Positions 12,245 to 25,666 of a stretch of 64,000 nt of DNA are shown here, one piece after another. The stretch is from the NCBI GenBank assembly GCA_047495785.1, contig JBLDXI010000001.1, forward strand, positions 744,001 through 808,000, in the 5' to 3' direction. The number at the start of each line of letters is the position of its first letter. The first letter of the stretch is position 1. The position numbers and the translations under genes are program-made. This DNA is from Lepidodermella squamata. Taxonomy: Eukaryota > Animalia > Gastrotricha. The notes under the pieces are model-generated. The model saw nothing but the letters and a program-made list of their open reading frames with translations, was not told where the DNA came from and did no database searches.

Positions 12245-15200
12245 GTTTTGTTGAGCCATTTGTTAAGATTATGCTATATCAACATTAATGGATACTTCGA
12301 AAGAAAGCACGACCTAGTATTAGAGCTCACTGATCGCTGCGACATAGTCGCCATTGCTGAACTCTGGAAAGACAAGTCCTGGACGCCTACAAAAATAATT
12401 GGATTCTCATGTATCTTTATACCCGGCCAGAAACTCACTCTGAACGGCCGATGCTCTGGCGGTTTTGCCATATACCACCGCGAGAATAGTTTTTTCAAGT
12501 TGGATCTTCTAGAAGCCGATCAATATGTGGTCATACTCAAGCTACAGGTACCTTGCGAAGAAGCTGTAATACTAACTTTCGCCTACGCCCCACCCACATC
12601 AATCCATCATGCGAACCCGGAAAGGCTGGAATCAATCTCTCAGGCAATTTCGCGTGCCTGCGACCATGTCCCAGCAAACGGTGGCACAGTCGTAATGGGC
12701 GACCTTAACTCTAGAATTGGAGCGGAGCCAGACCTACCGGACGATTTAGCCGAGGAACTTGATATCCCACTGAGAAACACTATGGATAACGCCCCATCTG
12801 ACAGCGCTGACAGGCTCGTGTACTTTTTAAACTCCAATGACCTGATTTTGATGAACGGTAGATTCAAACCTGATGTCACTGGCGCCTTCACTCATTTCTC
12901 CGCACTTGGATCCTCCATGATCGACTACGGCGCTGTATCGCCGGCAATAATAAAGCGCGTTGACTCGTTCGAAGTTCGCCCCCGCTCTAACCACTCTGAT
13001 CACTGCCCCGTCATAGCTAGTCTAAAATTCAGAAGAACGTCGTATAACTCTACGCGTTTAACTTTAAACAAGCAGCGCTTCGATAATCTAATCAAGCAAA
13101 GACTACCGTTGCTAGCCCATGAATCGCAAGCTGCCGACCCGGACTGGATGGCAAAGGAACTCAACAAGATCGCCGAAGCCAGCGCAAAACCTGCGCGATC
13201 AAGAGCAGCTATGGTGAAGAACATTCGTCGCATCCGATACTACCCTGGCCCACCAGTTGACATGCCTGGAAATTCGCGTCTCACTCTAACAAGAGAGGAA
13301 AGGGAAGTCCTTGAAGCTTTGAAAAGAAATCATAACAATATATGGAAATTGCGCAGGAAAGATCCCGAACCTGAGGACATTCCAGATCTGGCGATCTTCA
13401 AAGAACACTACGCGAATCTAATGTCCCGCGGGTATACCGCCCCCGATCCGGCTCCCCAGCCACCAAGCAGTGACCCAAAAATCTTCGGCGACGGTTGGCC
13501 TGATTCATCAGTGAAAGCTCTCCTCCAACAACGGAAACGCGGCTACTCATCTTCACTCGACCCACCTGCAACTCTGGTCCGGCTGACATCTTCGTGGAAC
13601 TGGCACTGCCAATCCCGCCCGTTGCTTTTCAGCAGTGCGGACGTGACTGACTATGAAAAATGGCGCAAGCTCAGTGATGAACCACCGCTCAAACGGGTCA
13701 CTGGCAGAAACCAGCACGATGAACTGCTGAGACCTATTAGCGTAGAAGAAATCACCGCCTGCATCGCCGACTGTGATCTAACTTCATCGGCCGGACTCGA
13801 TGGCATTACCTACGATGACCTGAGAAGAGAAGAAACCACAATCGCGCCATTCCTAGCTGACATGTTCACAAAAATACTGGAAACAGGGAAGTACCCCAAA
13901 GGTTGGAAATCAGTTGTAATCATTCCTATCTTCAAAAAAGGTGACGCCAAGGATCCGAAAAACTACCGACCCATAGCATTGCAATCCTGTACGGCTAAGT
14001 TGTTCTCGAAGATTCTCGACTCAAGGCTGAGAAAGTGGCTTCAACAACGCAGTCCTCTCCGACGCGAGCAATTCGGTTTCCAACCCGGCACATCTGCCAT
14101 TGACGCAATTGCAGTGTTCCATGCCGCCATCGCTTACTGGACTGAACGCAACCCTGAGCTCCGCCGCAAAGTCATAGCCACGTTTGTCGACTTCAGCTCA
14201 GCGTTTGACACGGTCGACCACAAAATATTGCTGGCAAAACTCACAAAACGAGGTATTCCTAATGAGTTTATCAGAGTAATCGAAGATATGTACGAAGGCT
14301 GCTCAGCGGTTGTGTCGTCACAAGGTATTCTCTCGGAGCCGTTCCGCACCGACAGGGGAGTCAAGCAGGGCGACCCGCTCTCACCTCTTCTATTTTGCGT
14401 ATACATAGACGAGCTACTCGACAACCTGGACCGCCTGAGTGGAACGCAAGGCCTCCCAGTAGGCTGCCACACGATTCGTGCACTGCTATACGCCGACGAT
14501 GTCGTGTTTCTGGCACTATCTATAGCCGATATGAAGCGCTACCTGGCAGAACTCGAGCGGTTTTCTCTTGATAATCGTCTCACGGTTAATGTCGACAAGA
14601 CAAAGTGGATGTTGTTTTACAAGGGCGATGCCGATCCCTCCTCTAGCGGCATAACGTTTCGTCTGAATAACCTCGACATCGAAAGAGTCTCCAGCTTCAA
14701 ATATCTTGGCGTATGGCTCGACGAACAGCTGCTCTACAAAAAAGCTATCGCTGAGGCCAACCTGAAATTGCAACGCGCGGCCGGCACCATACCGCAGTTA
14801 TTCAAGTTCTTCAACCACCTGCCTCCGTGGGCAGTTCGCGAACTTTACAACAGCTGCGTCCTATCGCAATTTGGATATGGTGCCGAGATCTGGGGCTTAT
14901 TCTACCCAGCGTCCTCGCCCCCGACGCATATGCGTTTCGCAAAGAGAGCCCTGGGCTTGCACACGGCTACATCTCACCGTATGCTGCATAAAGAGTTCCC
15001 GCTTACACACCCGGAAGACCACCGAACGGCGGCTGCAATCAAATTTCTCTATCGTATGAAGAACGCCAGTTCTCTCAGTCTGCTACACCAATCGCTCCTC
15101 AACTTCGATTGGATGGGGCGGAAAGCTCCTCGTAATCTGGCTGAAAGGGCCGAGAAAGCAGCTACCGATCTGAATTTAGGGAACATTTCCAACTTGCCTC

Positions 15201-15652
15201 AAGCACAGAGGAACGAACTATTGAAAACATCACTGGAAAAGAAGCGTTTAGACGAAACGAGAGACGGACTCGTAACCAAGTACGGTCAACACCCCGTGCT
15301 GGCCGACGTCAACAATGCAAACTTTGCAGAAATCTATTTTGAGATGCTTCCTCGCGAACTTGCCACCACTTTGTTGAAAATCCGCTGCAATTCCTTGTCG
15401 TCACCGCGCCAATACTTGGGCAATTGCCATCGCTGCGCTACTACGCCGACTGACGGCAGCAGTTGGAACTACATCCGCCACCTTATCACCGACTGTCCGA
15501 ACCCATCACCTGCAATCGCCAGCCTACGCCCTTCGCTCCCAACAATTTACGACGTCTACTTCGGCAACCTATTTAGCTCAAAATTAACCATCGACCGAAC
15601 TAGTGAACTCAACAAATGGCTCAACGTATTTAGGAAAATTGTAAACAAATAG
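12245..15652 (+). CDS. LINE ORF2: apurinic endonuclease + reverse transcriptase + C-terminal CCHC motif
   Basis: APE motifs NING, AELW, GDLN, SMIDY and SDH. RT motifs YRPIAL, QFGF, DFSSAFD, GVKQGDPLSPLLF, YADD and FKYLG. C-terminal CHRC-x14-H-x4-C. No stops or frameshifts over about 1135 codons. Confidence 0.95.
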   Translation, partial: VLLSHLLRLCYININGYFERKHDLVLELTDRCDIVAIAELWKDKSWTPTKIIGFSCIFIPGQKLTLNGRCSGGFAIYHRENSFFKLDLLEADQYVVILKLQVPCEEAVILTFAYAPPTSIHHANPERLESISQAISRACDHVPANGGTVVMGDLNSRIGAEPDLPDDLAEELDIPLRNTMDNAPSDSADRLVYFLNSNDLILMNGRFKPDVTGAFTHFSALGSSMIDYGAVSPAIIKRVDSFEVRPRSNHSDHCPVIASLKFRRTSYNSTRLTLNKQRFDNLIKQRLPLLAHESQAADPDWMAKELNKIAEASAKPARSRAAMVKNIRRIRYYPGPPVDMPGNSRLTLTREEREVLEALKRNHNNIWKLRRKDPEPEDIPDLAIFKEHYANLMSRGYTAPDPAPQPPSSDPKIFGDGWPDSSVKALLQQRKRGYSSSLDPPATLVRLTSSWNWHCQSRPLLFSSADVTDYEKWRKLSDEPPLKRVTGRNQHDELLRPISVEEITACIADCDLTSSAGLDGITYDDLRREETTIAPFLADMFTKILETGKYPKGWKSVVIIPIFKKGDAKDPKNYRPIALQSCTAKLFSKILDSRLRKWLQQRSPLRREQFGFQPGTSAIDAIAVFHAAIAYWTERNPELRRKVIATFVDFSSAFDTVDHKILLAKLTKRGIPNEFIRVIEDMYEGCSAVVSSQGILSEPFRTDRGVKQGDPLSPLLFCVYIDELLDNLDRLSGTQGLPVGCHTIRALLYADDVVFLALSIADMKRYLAELERFSLDNRLTVNVDKTKWMLFYKGDADPSSSGITFRLNNLDIERVSSFKYLGVWLDEQLLYKKAIAEANLKLQRAAGTIPQLFKFFNHLPPWAVRELYNSCVLSQFGYGAEIWGLFYPASSPPTHMRFAKRALGLHTATSHRMLHKEFPLTHPEDHRTAAAIKFLYRMKNASSLSLLHQSLLNFDWMGRKAPRNLAERAEKAATDLNLGNISNLPQAQRNELLKTSLEKKRLDETRDGLVTKYGQHPVLADVNNANFAEIYFEMLPRELATTLLKIRCNSLSSPRQYLGNCHRCATTPTDGSSWNYIRHLITDCPNPSPAIASLRPSLPTIYDVYFGNLFSSKLTIDRTSELNKWLNVFRKIVNK

Positions 15653-15811
15653 TCATTCTGATATTTTCATCAGCAGCTCGGTGAATGCCGAGTGCTAAGT
15701 AAGGTTTCTTTTGCTGGTTTATAAATGTTGTTCCTTTTTATTTTCTATGTTTGTTAAAATCAATTATTACAATGGCGATTCATCAATCATCAATAAAACC
15801 TGCTACTACTA

Positions 15812-15831
15812 CATGCTTGTGCTGTTTTTTC
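15812..15831 (+). repeat. Right target-site duplication of the LINE
   Basis: Identical to 11501-11520 and directly follows the (CTA)n tail. Confidence 0.92.
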
Positions 15832-16792
15832 GCGGTTCTCTCGATGTTTTTTTTTGAAATTTTTGCACCTTAGGATGCGAGCCAAAAACCCTCTTCAAGG
15901 CTAGTTAATAGGAATCCTGTAGGACTTCGCAGCATCCAGCTTTCAGATTTTTTATTTGTTTATTGTCGCCTCGTCTCTTCTCGTCAGTGATTTACTTGTG
16001 GATAAATTTATTGCCCAAGTACTTATCTTCTGTTTTCTCCGCAATTACTCTACTTACTCATGAATACTGTAAAACATAATATCCCAGCGGCGGCGGAGTT
16101 AGCAATGTACATGTGCACACGGATGCACTATGCGTTGTGTGCTCCCGAAGAATCCTGACTAGAACTTTGTGGATAACTTGGACATGATTTTGTAATATTG
16201 AAATATTGAAGGCGTTTATATTGCCGGTTTTATTTCGTGATATGGAAGCTCCAAGAGTATTCTCTTCTTCCCCCTTCTTTCCCGGAGGAGTCACTTCCAG
16301 AGGTGCTACTTTGACCTTTGACAGTAGCAGTAACAGCGCCAGCTATCATGGAATATCTTTCCATTTTCTGGCATCGTGTTAGGATTTTCGTCGAGAATAC
16401 TACCTCTGGCAGTGAAACGGTTAAATCATCAACTATTCCGGGATTAGCCATTCTAGAAAGTATGTAGTAGCTCCCATTTCACAAAGTACGAGTCGACGGC
16501 GATATTCAGTGCGGCTGAGCCCGCTATCAGCGTTTCATCATCATCATCAGTTTTGTTTACCTTCAGATTGCACCATTTTTAATTTTATAAAAGAACAGTA
16601 TTTAAGACTGGATTTATAAATGGGCAAAAAGAGGATCGAGCAGTTCAATTTGGTTGTTTGGTTCATGTTGTCTTCGTTTTTTGGTTGAGATATTGTCCCC
16701 TTGTTTTTACTCATCGCTCACGATTACTTACTTGCTTTATTAATTCCACTAGAAATTGATTAATGTTCTTCGCATTCTAGAAAGCATCGTTG

Positions 16793-18740
<1,948 letters not shown>

Positions 18741-19257
18741 GGAATAGTGACGGGACTGTGAAGCCTTCATATATGGTTATTATATATAACAAGTCGCATT
18801 ACAGTGTTTCTTTTTCGTAAAATTGTAAACACGCTCAGTTTTCTAAGCTTTTTTGGAGAAATGATAGAATAAATTTGAATGAGTACATAATGTCGTTGCC
18901 TTTTGTTTCGGTTCCAGTTTAACCGGCTGAAACAGTTGAAACAAGAGCGTTTGCGTCACGAAGGGGATAATAATTACATCTTTCGTCAATACGCGCCTTT
19001 TTTCGCTCTTCTGCCAAAAGAATTAGCGGTGTTATGCACTTGAAACACTGAAGAAATATTACATGCGGTCTAGTCCCAGTGCATTCGTTTAGCATTACGC
19101 GTGTTTGTTCAAGGATCTAATAACCACCCTCAGCTACGTCACGATCAAGGCACCGACACGGCACAAGTCATTATAAATGGGTGCGCGAGTTGGCGCCTCG
19201 TTATATAACGACATCTCATTATTAGCTCAAGTGAGATAAGAATATTTCAACCGCAAA

Positions 19258-20659
19258 ATGAATTTTCGGCAAATCAGCCAATCAATTATTTGCTTCAGCG
19301 CTTTTACGAGCCTGTAAGTTATTGCACTGGCGCTTATACATAAGATTTGTACGAAAAACTTGGGATTTTAGAGCAGGTGCTTGCATGTTTGGTGCTAATG
19401 ACAACCAACCTTTACCGATGTTATCATTTTTCGACATGTTCGAAACAAAATCTGCACCTAATGCAGTTTGCTTTCCTTCTATCGGATGCTTCTCCGGATC
19501 TTTCCCATTCGACGATCTTCCCCCTCCCGAGGATCCAAAGCAGAAAATGTAGGATCTTGCGACATTGGACCCTTGCATTAACTAAATATCAATATATAGC
19601 CCTCCAAAGTTTTTTCGTCTACATCTAAATGATTCACGGACTGGCATTTCTATCTACCCGATCAAAAACTCGCTAGCAGTTAACACCACGAATTTGGTGG
19701 TTTTGACCCATGGCTTTACTGGCAGTTATTCCACCACGAAAGACTGGGTTGATCTCATTGCAACTGCTCTGCTAAAAAATGACGTAAGATTGCGAGTGAA
19801 AATCAAGGTGAAACATTATATTCCTTTTCTTTAGCCGTCGATTTTCTTACTCTTTATCGAATGGGAGAAAGGCGCTGCGATGCGCTTGAACCCAGTGACT
19901 AATCTGTACTCGCAAGCGGCTAGCAATACGCGAACAACAGCCGCAGCCGCGGTAAATTTCTTACAGTCCAATCCCAAATTCAGCATGGGACGGTCACATT
20001 GTATTGGCTTTAGTCTAGGTAATATTTAACGCAATAATTGATCAATACTGGTTATTAATTTTGGCAATTTTAGGCGCTCATGTTTGCGGATTCATGTCGA
20101 AATATTCAAAGCAAAAATGGAACCGTTTGTCAGCCATTGACCCGGCAGCTCCTCTTTTCAACAAGCCCTACAACCCTGAGGCCCGCGTTGATAAAAGCGA
20201 TGGAAATTTTGTCGACGTGTTGCACACCTCGAAAATGGTGAGTATCTCACGAAGTTTTACCAAATCTCTGGTTTTAATTTATATCATTTAAAGGGCATAA
20301 ACTTTGATATCGGGCATGCCGATTTTTATGTTAACAACATGGGGCTGCAACCTGGCTGTGAAAAGGAATTTATGCCACCAGGTACACCTTCTTGGCTAGT
20401 TGGCGAGCTATCTGCTTACTTCGCTTGCGGGCACTATCGTGGACCTAAATTATTTGCGGCTACGATAAATTTGGCAATGCCAAGAGAATGCGAAACTACA
20501 TTCAACTTCTGCCCTTGTTCCAATGACGGCGATATCACCCCACAAGTGAATGGATGTGATCGAAGCCAGTCTCAATTGCTTGGATATTATTCAATCAAAC
20601 ACGCGAATAGGACCGGGGCTTTTTGTGGCGTGACCACAGCCGAACCGCCATATTGCTGA
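19258..20659 (+). CDS. Secreted pancreatic-lipase-family lipase/PLA1 #1 (no PLAT domain)
   Basis: Signal-like N-terminus, [32 protein letters not shown] (split by intron 20019-20073), IDPAAP, VDVLHTS and QPGC...CGH. Ends in PPYC-stop. Confidence 0.88.
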
Positions 20660-21328
20660 TTTCGCATTCTCGTTCGGTTTAGAGCTCAGTTTTGATTTTC
20701 AAAGGTAATACGAAACCGGTAGTAGCAGTCAGTCCTGGTGAAAGCAGCCGGCATTGACGTTTTATCGAAGCACGGAGTTTTCTAGCCATTTATTTTTCAT
20801 CTTGACTTACGAGAACTTTTCAAAATTTTATACGATATCATATTGCTATATACAAAAAGTGAATAAACCTCGAACCTCGTGACGAAAATTGCAGGAGACA
20901 AGTCACTTTTCTGATATGACATGTAGTTCATAATCGAGAGTGTCGCGCCGCTAATGCTACATCATCCTAATACATCAAATCAATGTTTAATGTGACTGAA
21001 TCAGAAACCTGATGCGTAAAATTCATCATGAAGAAATGTATGCGACAATTGCTTGTAAAAGAGCGCAGGTGTCGCTGAAATGGTGCAAATCGAAGAGGAT
21101 GCGCGTGGCTAGAAGCTAGAAGTTACGACCTGCAAGTCTGATAAGTATGGGCTTCTCACTACTACGCAATTGAGGGCACGTAATTCGAGTTATTGATCAT
21201 TCGTATAAAATGCACTCCTTTTCAGCGAAAAACTGTCAAGCAGGGCCTTGAAATCCTTCTATTTCAACACTAAGAATTTGAGTTTTCGCATTTATCTGCA
21301 GTTTCATCGCAAACTTTTCGCAAATTTG

Positions 21329-23054
21329 ATGTCGGCTAAAAGTAAGCAGTTTTCGAGAATTCCATGCAGCATTTGCGCTGCCTCTTCTAGGTTGGTTTTC
21401 AAATTCATATTAAGAGTCTAATTGCATTCATTCATTACTTTTTAGTGGATATCACTTCGGCGCGATAAGTTGCGAGAGTTGCAAAGTGTTTTTCTGCCGA
21501 TCATTGAAACGACCATGCGTGGATAAATCAGGAAACGCGCCCTACTTTCATCGATGTAATGGTTCATCAACAAATCAATCAACCAATATCAGTTGTCAGC
21601 GATGTAGATTCGATAAATGCATCGCAGCGGGAATGTCTCTTTCCTCTGTTTGCATTGGTCGACACTCAGCTGAAAGGCGTTTGCAAAAATCATTGACATT
21701 GAAGAAACTCGCAGAAGAAAACCAGCTATTAGGCGAGGTGGTCACCCGTACTCGGAAGCACTCAGCGAACAACCGCGCAAGCAAGCCTAATAGTTTGAAA
21801 CGGGAATTCGACGACCAGAGTGGTTCATCGAGCAGCCAAAGCTCTAAATTAGAGCATGAAACTCCTTCTACGTCTTTATTGGCTGACTGCAGATACCTAC
21901 AGTCCATGGATCGCGGCCACGAGCTGGAAGCGCTCATTCGTCAAACCATTAGCTCAGACGAAATTTTGAGCGAAATAAGAACTGTTTGTTGTGAATTTCA
22001 GTCTGATATTCAATGACATTGGCCCGTGAATTTTTAGGTCCCATACGTTCCAACAGCTACCCCGGATATGCCGGTTGAGACGATATCCCAATTCATGTCG
22101 GTGGGTCTCCAGAAGTACACAGAAATTATCAGGCGATACGTCAGATCACTGAATGGGTTTGCAGCTATCAGCGATATTCACGACCGAGTGCGGCTGTTCT
22201 CCCCTGCAATGCACGCGCTTTACGCTTTGCAGCTATCACTAGATTACGACTCGGCTAATCAAACGCCGAAGTTTCTCGCGATCGAACCAGGAATTTCTCA
22301 ACGAACTGTGCTACAACGCTTGCCTGTGCTTCAAGTAAGTTTGCCATTTCCGTTAATTTTACAGAAGATTTCAAGGTCCCAAACCTCTCAAAATTGATTA
22401 TTTTGAAGCAATTAGGATTTTATTTTATCTATTTTGAGACATTTCCATAGATAATATTCTCAGGATTGAATTTCAAATTTGAGTGGCTGTCCGGGAAAAA
22501 ATAGACTATAATTTCGCGACTATATATTTTTGAACATTTTTTCACAGAATATTTATAATCAACTAAGAGACTGTGGTGTTGCGATAAGCAATGCTCAACT
22601 AACTCGAGTCGAAATAGCATTAATAGCAGCATTGGTCTTCTTCAACCCGAACCCAAATCGTAATGAAGAGGCAAATTTTGGACTCGGCATTTCGCCCCCG
22701 AATCAGTCCCAATTGCCCGATGCGAAACCGCCAGATAGCAGGCTTCGAAACCAAGCAGCAATTCAGAACATCTGCGCGAATTACTGGCAAGCGGCCGAGC
22801 GGTACATTCGCAGCACTTTCCCAGCCGATGTGGCGGCGAAGCGACTATCAGTTTTCGGCGAGCTGGTCAAATATTTTCGAGACTCCTCGTTGCTAATGCT
22901 GGAATGCTCGCTTCAAATTGCCGAGCAATACCCATGGGCGTTGAACCAAAGTCGAATATTGGCTGATATGGTCGCGAAGCTGATGGCTGACAAACCCTTG
23001 AAATTAGGGACACCAGGCGCAAACACCGTAAAAAATGAACCGAATTACTTTTAA
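21329..23054 (+). CDS. Divergent nuclear hormone receptor (C4 zinc-finger DBD + LBD)
   Basis: The spliced DBD reads CSICAASSSGYHFGAISCESCKVFFCRS...CQRCRFDKCIAAGM. LBD signatures are YVRSLNGFAAISDIHDRVRLF and LTRVEIALIAALVFFNP. Confidence 0.88.
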
Positions 23055-23085
23055 TTTCAGTATTTATTAGCTTTATTATTTTGTA

Positions 23086-25666
23086 TCACCGGTTTTCAGG
23101 ACTTAGAAAGTACGCTTGAATGTGACATTGCCATGTGAAAACTTGTAAAATAAACGGTCGAAATTCGCTTGGCTGCGTCAGGTTAACGTTCTCTAAAAGA
23201 ACGCCTATACCGGGAGTTTTTATACGTAGGAAGCTTTCATTAGGAGTTGATATCGTTGAAGAGTATTGCCACAGCTCATCGTCCTTTTTAAAGACTTGAA
23301 TTCGCTTATTGCGCTCATCCGAGACAAATAAATGAAGCCCAGAATGATCGATAAAACAGCCACGCGGAGTGTTTACCTGGTAACTGTTGTAGGAGCCGCG
23401 TGAAGCCAGGGTTTTCACCTTCTCCTGGCCGACACTGTCAAGTTTTTCGAGGTCAAACATGTATACGGTCGAATGCTGCGTGTCAACAACAGCCAGTTCA
23501 ATGCGCTGCTGGTCATTTTGACAAAAAACGGCGCACTTGAAGGGCCGGAATTCCTGGCCTAACGCGACGGGGTGAGAAATTTGCGACAGGAGCCTGTAAT
23601 TTTTCAGCGACCACACGCCAACATTGCATTTCTTAGATTCGTCACAGCAGAATAAAAGACCGAGGCTTTTCGAGACAGCTAGTCCCGCAAACCGTCGACC
23701 TGCCTCGTGAAACCATTGTTTCGCGGTAATTTGAGGCGGATTCAAGCCGCTTGAATCATATTCGTCTTTCAGACGCTTGCCGCTGACGTGAAATATGCCA
23801 CTTCGATCTTCAATTAGGGTGAAAAAAATATCGAGTGTTGAGTCGTCAAATGGGTCTATAGCTGCATGCTCGATGATAGTTCGTGAACTTGCTGATTTTG
23901 GGGCAACAACTCGACCGCGCCAAATTACCTTCGCCAAATTAAGGTCGGGGTTGTTTGAGAGCGCCTGAAATAAAGCGAAGCTTCAAAATTTTTGCAATTG
24001 TTGAATTTATTACGATTATTTCTCCATCTATACACACAGCGATCGCCAAATTTTGAGGTTGATGCAGAATCAAAAGATCGGCAATTGCCGATGGAGCCGT
24101 GAACCAAGGAGAGGTGAGAAAGCGCTCATTCCATTTCGAGTAATATTCGGTTTCAAAGATCTTCGCCTAATTAAATTTTTACAATTAATAAATCGATATA
24201 AATCGCTCAAAAATAACCCGGCTTTTCGATATTAGAGCAGCCTGCTTCTTTTCTTCGGCCAATCTCGCTTCTCTACGCACCTTGGCTCGATATGTCTCAT
24301 CTTCCAGCTGAATCGATTCCCATCCTCGGCCGCCTGTTAGGACAGCTACTTCATTTCGAATAAATTTGTGCTTAAGAATTTCATTTAATGTCGGCCGAAA
24401 TTTCGGATCTTGTTCCAGCAACCGGTCTAACAGATTGTGAAGGTGCCTTGAATATCGAGAACTCACTGTTTCGTCTCTCTCTTCCCTAAAAATATATAAA
24501 TATACCAATAATTAAATTCAGAATTCACATGGAATCCTACTCGAGGATTTTTTCGAGCAGTTGCTTCACATCCGTTGCAGCAATCTTGAAATTTTGAGCA
24601 TTTCAAATGATGAAAAGTCAACGTTGCGGAACTCACGGGTAGTTGAAGTGCGCTCAGCTGGAAAAGAAGAACGCCAAGAGACCAAGAGTCAGCTTTTTCA
24701 TTCAGACCAGTCACACGTCCGGACAAAATTTCAGGGGCTAAGTAGCCCATATTCGAGGCTTGAATCTCGACGGCCGGTGCTATTGCCACTTCGTTATCTC
24801 CTTTTTTAGACTCTACATTTTGCTCGGACGTTTTGTTTTTGATGTCAGCAGCTTGCTTCAGATTATAGTAAGTAGCTTTCAGCTGAGCTACGCTGTAATC
24901 GCTGATTTTTATAGCGACGGTATCAATTTCGCTTTCTCCGTCATCGCTCGCATTCGCCTTTTTCAACAAAATATTCTTCACGAACATAGATTTCGCATGA
25001 AAATTGGGCAAATATTTGGCATTATCGTTATACCGTTGCGGTTAGATCGCAGTGCGGCAGCTTGTGGACCAAAAAGTAGTTGACGCCGAGCGCTATCTGT
25101 GCGAACCAGTTGGCAATCTTGAATTTTGTTATAATTTTCACCAGGTGTACAAACATTGTTATTAGCCTACCTGTTTCTCATCGATGAGCTCGCCATTCCT
25201 TTCAGTCAGATAGCTTTCCAGAGTACCTAGACATTGAAACATCTCACATTTTGGCCCAAATAGTACCTTGTTGTTTACCTGAATCGCAATATTCCATTAC
25301 GCAATAAACTGCGATGCTTTCTTAGAATTAAAGAATAGTAAAAATTTCGTGAAAAACAGCTAATTTAGATTAATTACCATTTATTATTGAGGAGTAAATG
25401 CGAACGATGCTTTGGTAGGCGTGCCGGTTGAGTCTCTCAGCCTCTTCGATAACCACCTGTCTTTCTTCCGGCGTGGAATTCGGCATTAGTTTTGCCAAAT
25501 TTATCTCGCGAATCACCCACAGCTTTTTGACTTCAGCATTCTTGCTGGTCACCAGCATCAACTTCCCGTATTTACCACCTTTCTTCAGAGTTTCCTTTAC
25601 GTCGAAAAATGATTGGATGGAGAATTTCGCGCCACCCGACTTTTTATCTGACCCAGTATTGCCCAT
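23086..25666 (-). CDS. NEK-like (pseudo)kinase domain fused to a C-terminal NHL-like beta-propeller
   Basis: Kinase subdomains: GKYGKLMLV, LWVIREINL, IAVMEYCD, NWFAQIALGVNY, HCDLTATNIL, IKISDYS, YLAPE, KADSWSLGV and DPKFRPTLNEIL. Phase-0 splices via a linker exon (about 24014-24166) join the kinase to the 23086-23965 exon, which contains PRGCFIDHSGLHLFVSDERNKRIQVF (NHL repeat). Confidence 0.8.

Larger units (their letters stand above)
11521..15811 (+). mobile_element. Non-LTR retrotransposon (LINE, APE-RT type), 5'-truncated within ORF1, ORF2 intact
   Basis: An exact 20-bp direct repeat, CATGCTTGTGCTGTTTTTTC, flanks the element at 11501-11520 and 15812-15831. The 3' end has AATAAA (15792-15797) and a short (CTA)3 tail. 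ORF1 and ORF2 lie inside these boundaries. Confidence 0.95.

Noticed and set aside
16058-16580. Small minus-strand ORFs upstream of KAT5
   Set aside because: No motif and no convincing exon structure.
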